A DNA stretch of 64,000 bases from Selaginella moellendorffii (lineage: Eukaryota > Plantae > Lycopodiophyta): assembly GCF_000143415.4 (NCBI RefSeq), contig NW_003314276.1, positions 2,573,693 through 2,637,692 of the forward strand. The letters are read 5' to 3'. Made by a program: the position numbers and the translations under genes. Numbering within the stretch: the stretch's first letter is position 1; every line of letters starts with the position of its first letter. The notes below the pieces were generated by a model. That model was not told the origin of the DNA, did no database searches, and saw only the letters and a list, made by a program, of their open reading frames with translations. Below are positions 13,279 to 24,100 of the stretch, one piece after another.

Positions 13279-13681
13279 TAGAGAGGTACATGCATTTTGC
13301 ATTGTGATTTTCGCACAAAGGCATTTCCTGAGTTAGGAATTGAGATCAGGATTTCTCCCGGTCTAAATTCTTGACTTGGATGACTAGGCATGTAGTGGTT
13401 ATATAGGCTGGTGATAGCACGCTAGACCTATCCCCTTTCTGTCTTTTATATCCTTGGCTATAATAACATACACTCCACTTGCTCAACATCTACTCTTCTC
13501 TTCCATGTCTATCTTACTCACTGCCTTCTGGGGATCAAGGTTGTGAGATGTGCATCAATCTCAGCATCAACATCTTTGCAACATCACATGGCTAAGTATT
13601 TCTTTCCTTTTTATGTTTGGATCTAATTTAGATTAGAGAGGATTCACAAGATCATTGTAGAGGTGATTTTGTAATTATCCA
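13279..13681 (+). repeat. 3' LTR (403 bp)
   Basis: Direct repeat of 2428-2830, followed by TSD ACTCC. Confidence 0.95.
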
Positions 13682-13686
13682 ACTCC

Positions 13687-14600
13687 CTAGGCTTCTATTG
13701 GTAATATAAAGATTGTCCACTCAAAATGTCATTTTTCCTTTGCTAGTGAAGATGTTAGCACGAACCTTGGAGAAAAAAGCTCTCACAGGCCTGATGTTGA
13801 GTACCATTCTACTCAAAGACACCACTTTCAGATTGAGCTATTTCAAGTAGCTGATGAAGAGAGTGCATCACAATAGGTTGAAATTGTTTACCGTAGTGTG
13901 AAGTCGAAGTAATGGGCAATCTAACATATGCCAGCAAAATCAAATGTAAAGTGTGTGGGGAAGGGGCAAGTGGTGGCAAATTTACTTTTATTCCAACCCC
14001 ATATTTCTATAGGGAACGAAAGCAAGAAAGATTTTCGAGATGGTGTTAGTTGTATTGTTGCAACACTGATGCCAACCATATGAAGTGGCTTGAAAACACT
14101 ATAGTGATTGAACCTGATGTAGTACCTAAAAATGGCCAGTTGCTAATGGGGTCGCATTCACCTCGGATGAGATTGAAAACCTTAAGAAATCTGGTTTCAA
14201 TCTTAAGAGGAGAATTGAAGACATATGTGATAGAACCAAGATTATTTCTACAGAGATGCATAGGAGGCTAGCAAGAAATAGGTAAAGTAGTTAAATTTAT
14301 TGGTACTGTCTCCAAGTAAAAGTAGGGTAAAATAAACTTGGCTTAAACACTTGAGTGTGAGATTCTCTCCACAAAATACATCATTATGCTTATAACGGAG
14401 TATATAGTCAAAACAAAAAGTGGAGAATACACAATTACCATTCAAGACTTTCCTTCTTGCACATGTCCAAACTTTATGAAGTGTGAGGAACATAGGAAGG
14501 CATATACTCCTTACAAACATATATATTACATCTTCATTAACATTTTGCACTAGAATTCTAAAGTGGATATTCATATACATCAAGCAAACCTTACTATTGT
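13687..14600 (+). mobile_element. MULE transposase 3' part with SWIM zinc-finger remnant
   Basis: YTITIQDFPSCTCPNF...YKHIYYIF at ~14426-14545 matches the SWIM CxC-xn-CxH pattern with one Cys lost. It resumes directly after the TSD. Confidence 0.65.
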
Positions 14601-15051
14601 TGACTTGTGAAAAACTTTTGGAGCTAACTAGATTTTCCAACACTATCAATATTTATTCTCTACAATAATGTAAACTTATTATACTTTATATAATTAATAA
14701 AAAATGTTTTTTCATCTCACTTTTCATTTTATATACTTGTGAGTGTTTTTTTTACAATACTACCCATAATACTCGTGTGTCTCCATTTTTGTCTTTACCA
14801 TCTCAAAAAATATTTCATAATAGTCTTTCGGGTGCATGATGTTGCAATGTGTCGCGAGAGCATATATACCATTATACTGATCATCACCATTGTTTCCACC
14901 AAAAGCTAAAAAATATAAAAGGTATTTCTTGAAAGTCACAGAATTGGAATTTTCTAAAACAAGTAAAAGGGCATTTTTTTCACCTAATTTGTTGCATTCT
15001 TTGTCATTGCATTTATCTCCAACTGATGATCACTATCCTCACTATCCTCTC

Positions 15052-15149
15052 TTTCATTCTTTTGTGTGGTTTGGTTATGCTATGCAATGGAATAATTATT
15101 TTTCATTCTTTTGTGTGGTTTGGTTATGCTATGCAATGGAATAATTATT
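15052..15149. repeat. Perfect 49-bp tandem duplication
   Basis: TTTCATTCTTTTGTGTGG...GGAATAATTATT x2. Confidence 0.9.
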
Positions 15150-15764
15150 GCATCTCCTAACACTTAAACTCTAAGAAGAAAGATTGTGAAAGTTAAAATT
15201 ACCAACACTAAAGCCCACAGATATTTATATGTATTTCCTTCTCTTTAAATGAGAGTGTGAATGAAAATTCATAAATTCTAGACAATATGCTATGACAAAC
15301 CCCTTAGAAATGTATTCTAGAAAAGAACCAAGTCTTTTTTTTATATGCAATAAGCTTATATCAATGGTTTTTTTATTTTCCTTTCAAACGGTTATATAGC
15401 TTTACATAGAATCTTATTTCAAATTTATTATTTTTTTAATTCTGGCAAACTTGAAATTTACTAGCTAAAAAACACAGAATATAAATTTAAGGAAGTGGCA
15501 ATAATACTTTTTCTGCAAACATCTTATTTTATATTCTAACAAACATCCCTATTATGGCATGCAGAAATATTTAAATTTTTAGAACAAAAAGTGCCCTTTA
15601 GAACATTTTTATTTATAAAATATGTAGAGTGTTATGAAACTATTAAGTTTTTCATAACTTTAATATTTTAAATATTTAAATATTTGTATTAAACTACAAT
15701 TGAAACTTGAGCTCAACTCATGAGCTCAACTTTTCAACTCATAAGTTCAAATATGATCTATGCT

Positions 15765-18700
15765 CTAGGAATAGTGAGGTCCAAGAATTAGTCTTGAAAG
15801 AACTCTCCAATTCAAACTAACTTGAGGTTGAGATTGGGGGTTAAGAGCCTCGGGTGGGAGTGAACATGGAATTGGGTGGTGCTAGAGAGGCCACTCAAGG
15901 AAGTGCTCAAGAGTAGTTCCCATTCCTGGAAGGGAAATCAATTGTGATACTCCTAACTCAAGTGAAGTGGTGCCCCACTCACTTGAGTACCATACGGCTC
16001 ACTGATCCTTGCCCCTTCCTAAGAGATTGGGCCTTCCGTTTGGGATGGAAATGGGGAAGTAGAGGTACTTAGGCTACGATATTTCCCTCTGGAGTCCCAA
16101 AGCAAATGATGCATCCAAGGCTTGGGATTTAGAAGGTCCTATGATCAAGCCTTATAATACTAAGGGATGTTAAGAACTTAGAAATTTGGTATGCTTAATT
16201 GCTTGTGCTTGCAGAAAGTGTAAGCAAACCTTAAGTCTAGTCTAACCTAAAGAGTGGGATTAGGAGTGAATTTAGGAATCTATGGATGGATGGTTAATAC
16301 CCTATTACTTGTCTAGTGAGTAGTTAAAGCTAAGTAGGACTAAGTAGGAGGTGGTACCATAGGTGGGAACCTTGGCAAGGGAATCTAACTAAGGCCAAGG
16401 TAGTTGTGGTTAGATAGACAAGGTAAGCTGGCAAATCAGAAAGGAAAAATTTGTGACTTACAATTTGGTATCAAAACCTTTTCCTCAGTTCTAAAAAAGG
16501 ATAAAGGAAAATTGCTGAGAGATGGCTAAAGCAGACCATAAGAGAACCAAAGTGGAGATGGAACCTCCTCTAGAGCTAGAACCTTTGGTCGAACAAGAAG
16601 TTATGGATGAGGAATCCTTACATGAGGAAGACTCCAGTGAGGAAATTCCAAACATGAGTCCGGTGGGGAGGTTCAGTTGTCTAATGCTCGATTGAACGTT
16701 CTAGAAAGACAATTGACATAGACTAATACCCTACTAAAGACCCCCGTATACAAGCTAAAGTATGACAGAAAGTGGCAAAAGACTGCAAATGCTGGTAGTG
16801 CAAAAGGCATGGACCCTTTGGTAGGGACTGAGGTAAAACCAAACAAGGTCAAATAAACTAAAGTGGAATTAATCTTTTAAAGAGTTCCCAAGTATAAACC
16901 AAAGCTCCCACTAGTCTTTAAAGGAGTGAATGACTATAAGGTGGTGGAGGATATGGAGGATTACTTTCAAGTGTTATAGTTACCAAGCTCAGAAAAGGTC
17001 CCATGTGCAAAACCAGACAGAAGAGAAAACAGGTTATGTAAAACACAATGGACTCATCTATTATAAACAAACAAGGGTGTATGTTCCAAAAGGGGAATTA
17101 AGAAAGGTAGCTTTAAAAGAGTGTCATGATGGACCTTTCGCAAGATATGGCAGAGTGCCCAAGATGATAGGCATACTCAAGAGAAATTATCACTAGCCAG
17201 ACATGGCTAAACACGTTCAAAACTATGTAAAGACATATCCAACTTGTCAGTAGGTCAAAGCCATGACTAATGCTAGTAGGGGCTTGTTATAAAACATTCT
17301 AATTCTAGATTGTCTACAGAAATGTCTTATGATGGAATTCATCACAAGATTCCCCCCAAGTGAGGAATTTAATGTGATATTCATGGTGGTGGACCGGTTT
17401 TCGAAGATGGTAGATTTCATACCCACCATAACGGAAGTGGATGCAGAAGGTGTACCAAAGCTGTTCTTTGAATAAGTGGTTCGACTATGGGGAAGGCCAG
17501 AAGAAATTATCCTAAATCGAGACAAAATCTTCACTAGTAGGTTCTGAAGCACTCTCATATAACAATATCACACTAAGTTAAAATTTAGTATAGCTTATCA
17601 CTTATAGACAAGCATTAGGTATTAAGTCAAGTTTAATGGCAATGACACTTCTTAACAAATGAACAAACGAAAAGGGTGAATAGGCATCTAGAGGATTATT
17701 TGTGATGCTATGTCTCCAAAGACCAAACTAATTAGGTAAGCCATTTAGGACTTGTAGAAATGTGCTATAACAATTCACCATATTCAAGTATCGAAGTGAG
17801 TCTATGGGAAGTCATCAATGGGCGAGCTATTGAAGGTTTTATAGAACTCGGCATGACCGAATATCATGGAGAGTTACCCGTAGTGGAGGTGTTCATAGCG
17901 GAAAGACTCAACATTTGGAATTTAGTGAGGGATTCTTTAGAATAGGCTCAACAAAGGCAAACCAAGTACGCAAACCAAAAGTGCTGGGACATAGAGTTCT
18001 AACCTAAGGAGAAGGTGTGGCTAAACACCAAGAACCTAAGGTTACCAAGTGGGATCAACCAGAAGTTGATCTAAAGGTAAAAATGCATGTATTCTTGGAA
18101 ATGAACTAATCTTAAATTCCTTAAGCAAATGTGTCACAAATGTGACTACGGGTATCAAAAGTTACCTATTGACTAGTTCTTTTGAATATTCTTTCCTTAC
18201 TACCATGATGGTAGAAGGTTGGCATTGTTAGACACTTTATCAGTCCCTCTTGTTCACGTGTTAGTAAACTAGGCTTAGCACCTATACTTAGCCAAATAAA
18301 TATGAAAGTATCTAAATTTGTTAATTTGGCATATCTATAGGATGTAGAGATTGTCCTAAATATAATAGTGTTCATCTCATGTCCAAATTTGCAATCTAGT
18401 GTCATTCCATATTTAATAAGTTTAAGTTAATCTCAGAGAGTAACTCCTGGTATAAAGGATGGATTGCTAAAGTCCCCATATCTTCACATTACACCACCGG
18501 TATGCTGAAATAGCACCAAACTCCATTTGGCTCCATTTTGCATGTTGGGATGTTCGATACTTTAAAACTCACTCTGTGCTCTTGTCCTTTTGCTCTTTAG
18601 GCTGAACACTCGGGAGTTGCTCCATGCTTTGGTTCTATCACTTCTTGGCTCCATGCTTTGGTTCCGTCATTCCTTGACTCCATGCTTAAAAGTTTGGCCT

Positions 18701-19975
18701 CGTTCCTTCATTCAGTGACCCAAGGCCCTAAAACTCGACTCCACTCCACTATCCTTAGGGATATGTGGCATGTGGCATATAGCATATGACACATGGCACA
18801 TGGAGGGTTTACGTTTTGTTTTGTGGTTATCCTATGGTAAATCATCATAAGATAAAGGGTGAAAACCAGCAAGTTCAAGAGGCCTTATGAGATTGAGGCT
18901 CAAATTGGTAAAGTAGCTTATCACCTTCAACTTCCTCAAAATATGGGGAAGATGCACTCTATGTTCCACTTGAATTTACTCAAGCCATACTTTGAAGATC
19001 TACTTTGCAAGGACCAAATAAGACCTTTATCCGAGGTTATTTAAGAGGAAGAGGAATATACGGTCAAGGCCATCCTCAATACGTGTAAGAGCAAGTGATA
19101 AAGACACAAGGTGAGGGAATTCCATGTGAAGTGGAAAGGATTTCCACACTATGAACCAATACGAGAACTAGAGAAGAACCTAGTGAACATATGAGATCTA
19201 GTGGAAAGATAGAACCTTACTTATGCAAAGTTCAATTAAAGTATCCATTTGTGAAATTGAAAAATGTCATATGTTAGGGCCCAAAGGTGCACCGAAGGTA
19301 AGCTAATAGGTTAGCTAGGTTGACTACGCGTAAGTAGTTATGCACAACTCCTTGTGTGGATGTAGAATCCATAGACATATTTTATAGAGCTTGGGTTTGA
19401 GTCCCAACCCTCTAGTAAAGCAAGGTTGATGGCTGCAAACTTCAAGGTGGTTTTATGGACGGCCTCTTGGCAGCTTTATGCCGAGGCTGCTTTGGGACTG
19501 CTGGATCTCGAGGGGCGGATTTTCACGCATAGGCTCTATAGGCAACACTGCGTAGGGGGTGTGAAAGATTTGTCCCAGCTATACTAGGGCATGGTGAGGT
19601 GAAGGATATAGGGACATCTATATCCTGTTGTCATGGGCTCTTAGCCAGGGAGGCTGATTTAAGCACACCACTAAGTGGGGGGATGCCCCTGAAGACATAG
19701 TTAACAAGTAGTAGGATTAAAAAGAGACGTTCGATATGGGCATTGAACTTCTTCTATGGATGGTAGAGTTATAAGGAACCAACTTCTTAAAGTGTTATAG
19801 GGTAAAGGATCCTTGAACCCACAATCGGAATATTAAAAAGTTCATCAGATAAGACTGAGTTCGAGATCAAGTCTGGGACTAACTCTAACACTAAGTTCGA
19901 GACTGAGTCTGAGATCGAGTCCAAGACCAACTTCAAGATTGAATTAAAGATGGAGTCTAGGACCAAGTTCGAGCT
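15765..19975 (+). mobile_element. Decayed Ty3/gypsy chromovirus copy A (LTR, PBS, gag start, large deletion, INT, chromodomain, 3' UTR)
   Basis: LTR ends GACTTACA at 16462, followed by PBS TGGTATCAAAACC. INT remnants at 17000-18080, GPY/KVAY at 18880, chromodomain-like EEYTVKAIL..FHVKWKGF at 19045-19220. A foreign LTR-like insert occupies 18132-18868. Confidence 0.8.
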
Positions 19976-19989
19976 TGTTTTTGTTTTAC

Positions 19990-20790
19990 ATATGGCTTGG
20001 GTTTAAGCCCAAGTTCCATTTCATGCTAGCTGGTGAAGTACCTATATCCTTGCGTTAGACCACTGGTATGCTAAAATAGCGCTAGACTCCATTTGGCTCC
20101 ATTTTGCGTGTTGGTCTTGGCATTGGGATGTTCGATGCTCTAGGACTGTTCCAAGTTGCTTTATGCTCCTGTCCCTTTTCTCCTTGGGCTAAATGCTTGA
20201 GAGTTGCTCCATGCTCCGGTTTTGTCGCTCCTTAACTCCATACTTAGGAGTTTGGCCTTGTTCCTTCATTCAGTAGCCCAAGGCCCTGAATCTCAAGTTC
20301 CACTCCACTATCCTTAAGGACATGTGGCATATGGTATATAGCATGTGACATGTGGCACATGGGGGATTTAGGTTCTGCTTTGTGGTTATTTTATGGTAAA
20401 TCACCATAGGATAAAAGGTGAAAACCACATATGCTACATTTGGTATTAGAGGATACGTCTCAGTGAGTACTATCCAATGAGATTGGGCAAGTAGTCTTGT
20501 TGTATACATAGAGATGAAAATGATGATCCAAGTAGGTACACGTTTAGGTGTTAAGACTTCACATTCATTCCTTGGGTATGAATTTTTGTTAACTTTTATA
20601 CCATATTGTGTGAGCTTGTGCTTGGGTTCATAAGATGGATTAAGATGTTTTGTTTGCATGAGCTTGCGCTTAGGCTCATGAGTGAGGCACATTAGCAACT
20701 CAAGGTTACACTTGAGTTGGCAAGATTAATGTTAGCCTTTTGGTGGTTCCATAAGTTGTTCTAGTGGTTCCATGATGTAAAGAATTAACT
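19990..20790 (+). mobile_element. Partial LTR (ends GCTACA at 20438) + Met-type PBS + internal leader of another LTR family
   Basis: Homologous to 18480-18868, 29420-29845 and 32600-33039; followed by TGGTATTAGAG. Confidence 0.65.
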
Positions 20791-20854
20791 CCCTGAGGTG
20801 TCAGAGGCTAAAAGATCCCCGAAAGTACAACTAGAATGATAAAGAGTTCATCGG

Positions 20855-21060
20855 ATGAGACTAAGTCTGAGATCGAGTCCAAGACCAACTCTAAGACTGA
20901 GTTCAAGACCGAGTCCAAGATCAAGTCTAAGATTGACTCTGAGACTGAGTTTGAGATTGACTCCGAGACCAAGTTTGAGACCAAGTCTGAGATCCAAGAT
21001 CGGGTCCGAGACTGAGCCCAAGGTCAAGTCTGAGATCGAGTCCAAAACCAAGTCCGAATA
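20855..21060 (+). repeat. Degenerate 6/12-bp tandem array (GAGTCCGAGACC-like) in chromovirus 3' UTR
   Basis: Related arrays occur at 19850-19970, 26743-26970 and 34400-34640; at 20855, 26743 and 34400 the array precedes the G-rich PPT. Confidence 0.85.
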
Positions 21061-21131
21061 CTAATACAAGTTGTGGGGTGAAAACCCAAAGCGTGTGTCT
21101 CTCGAGGGGGGGGGGGGGCGGGGGGGTGGGC

Positions 21132-24100
21132 TGTAGGGAGTTCCAAAACTATAGTAAGGATAGTGAGGTATACGAATCAGTCTTGAAGGAACTCTCCAAT
21201 GATGCTTCCAAATTGACTTGAAGTTGAGACACGGGCCGAAGGGCCTTGGGTGGGAGTGAGCATAGACTCAGGTGGTGCTAGAATGGCCACCCAAAGAAGT
21301 GCTCAAGAGTAGCTCCCACTCTTGGAAGGGAAACCTAATGCGATGCTCTCAGTTCATATGAAGTGGTGCCCCACTTGAGTACCTTGCAACTCATTGGTTC
21401 TTGCCCTTTCTAGGACCTTGGGCCTTCACTTCGGGATGGAAGTGGGGGGGTAGAGGTACCCATATCGGGCCGTTAGGCCACGGTATTTCCCCCTAGTGTC
21501 TCAAAGCAAGTGTTGCACCTAAGGTTTGGGATTTAGAGGGTCCCATAATCAAGTCTTATTGTACCAAGGAGAACCTTGGCGAGGGAATTTAGTTAAAGCC
21601 AAGGTAGTGTTGGTCAAATAGACGAGGTAAGTTGGCAAATTGAAAAGAAAAAATTTTGTGGCTTACAATTTGGTATTTGAGCCTTTTCCTCAGTTCTAGC
21701 AAAGGATAGAGGTGGATTGCTAGGAGATGGCAAAGGCAAGGTATAAATGAACCAAGGTAGAGATGGAATCTCCTCAAGAGCTAGAGCCTCCGGTCAAACA
21801 AAAGGCTACGAATGAGCAATCCTTGCATGAGGAGGACTCTAGTGAGGAAACTTCCAAACAGGAGTTCAGTGGTGAGGTTTAGTTGTCCAAGGCTTGATTG
21901 GACATTCTAGAAGGACAATTAGCTCAGACAAATGCCCTGTTGGAGACTCTCGTACGCAAGCTAAAGGGTCATGAGAAGTGAAAGAAAAAACGAAAGACTG
22001 TAGATGCTAGCAATGCAGAAGGCGTGGACCTTTTAGCGAGGACTGAGGCGGAACCGAATAAGGTTGAATAAACCGAAGTGGAATCAGTCCCTCAAGCAGT
22101 TCCCAAGTACAAACCAAAGCCTCCACTGGTTTTCAAGAGTGTGAATGACTATAAGGTGGTGGAGGATTGGTTTTACGATATGGAGGATTACTTCTGAGCG
22201 TTGCAGTTACCAAGCTCAAAGAAGGTCCTATGTGTAAAACCATACTTAGCAGATAATGCCAAGTCTTGGTAGAGAACAATAGAGGCAAATGAAGGACCAG
22301 TGGCCACTTGGGAAATGATGAAGGTGAGGATCCACGTGACTTACGTACCTCCAAATGCTATTCTGCACCTAAGGGATGAGTTGAGTAGGCTGAAGCAGAC
22401 TAGAACCATTCAAGTATGTAAATGGGTTTATGGCAAAGAGGATACTTGTCACGGATATGGGAGATATGGATGTGTTCCATGCCTTTATATCAGGCTTGCA
22501 AACCTGGGCTCGCGGCAAGATGATGCATTGAAACCCGACCAACTACAAAGAAGTGTTGGATGGAGCTATCAAGGTGCATTTCAATGATAACCTGCGAAAA
22601 GGGAACACAACGGCGTCGGGTCCATGTTTAGCAAAGGGGCCAAACCAAAGGGGACATATGGCAAAGGAAAATCAGAGAGAGTTCTCTAAAAATGAGTCCT
22701 CAGGGTTCTGAAAAGGCAGATCCGGTGGCCAGCAAGCAAGTACATAGGGGAGTCAAGTGAAAAGAGACAAACACACGAATAAAAAGATCAGATCTACTAG
22801 TAACATGGGAAACAATATATGTTTCAATTGCAGTGAAGTGGGACACTTTTCAAGGGAATGCCCATACCCGAAGAAGGCTAGAGCCAATATAAGCATTAAG
22901 TCGAGTGAAATCCAAATTGAAGTATGTGATCCAATTCCTAGTTCAAAGTTACTCATTACACGAGAAACTTTGATAAAGAGTCGTTCGCCACATCTACTAA
23001 CCCTCCAAGGGAAGCTTGGAAGTAGCTTTGTTAAGATCTTTATTGACACGGGTGCTTCGGATAATTTTGTGGTTGTAAACATAGTTTGACAAGTCAGACT
23101 AATGGTGCAACGGCTGGGTGAACCAAGAACTATAAAGTTTATTCAAAGTAGCCAAAGCACTAATGAGGTACTTCAACGAGCAAAAGTCGAAGTAGGGACA
23201 TGGAAAGTAAATATGGATTTCACCATGTTGGACATGTGTAGCGCATGTGATCATGGGATGAGATTTAGATATATTGTCACCGTGAATCCTTGGAACCTTG
23301 GGGGATAAATAGGGATAAAATAACCATTAAGGGCTTTCTCATCAAGCAATTTCCCCTTTTCAAGTTGGCTTAAGAGGAGAGAAATAAAGTGCGCTATATG
23401 TGGTATTGGAGAAATGGCATGAGTTCGATTCCCATTGATTAGTGGCTACTTAAAAATATAATATACCCTTGAGCAAGAACTTTTAGAGACACCAAAAGGC
23501 CACTTCTTATTCTCCACTAGTACCAATCAAAGCTCCGCAAAGGTTATTATGTTTAAGGCTATATTCCTACCCTTAAATTTGAAATCATACATATTATGCA
23601 TTCATGCATACATCCTTTCTCTCGTGTGGAATATCCATGGATAAAGGTATCCACTCTAGGACTGTAGTACAGGTGGATGACTAGTTGCCTCACATGGAAT
23701 AGTTGGTCTACACAATGAAAGGATTGGTAGATTTAATGCAGAAATGGAGGTGTTAGTTCCCCTTAGCTCAATCGAGGTTGTTAGTTAATGGTCAATAGTC
23801 AATGAAGACATTGACATCTCTCGAGGGGGAGGGTGAGTGTAGCATACCTAATCAAGGTTGTTAGTCAATAGTCAATAGTCAATGAGGACATTGACATCTT
23901 TCGAGGGGGAGGGTGAGTGTAGGGCATGTGATCATAGGATGAGATTTGGATATATTATCACTATGGATCCTTAGAACCTTGGGGGATAAAATAGCCACTA
24001 AGGGCTTTTTTATCAAGCAATTGCCCTTTTTTTAGTTAGTTTAAGGGGAGAGAGATAAGGTGCACTACAACATAGCTGGTTTTGATGTAATCTTCGGGAT

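Larger units (their letters stand above)
2428..13681 (+). mobile_element. Ty3/gypsy non-chromoviral LTR retrotransposon (Athila/Selgy/Phygy-like), both LTRs present, decayed
   Basis: Paired 403-bp LTRs, 5-bp TSD ACTCC (2423-2427 / 13682-13686), PBS, and gag-PR-RT-RH-INT order. No chromodomain or second RNase H was seen, but the 3' end of pol is deleted. Confidence 0.95.

Noticed and set aside
20848-21064. SR-rich / LG-rich ORFs (also 34391-34630, 36406-36700, 37412-37612)
   Set aside because: They are translations of 6/12-bp tandem arrays in retroelement 3' UTRs.
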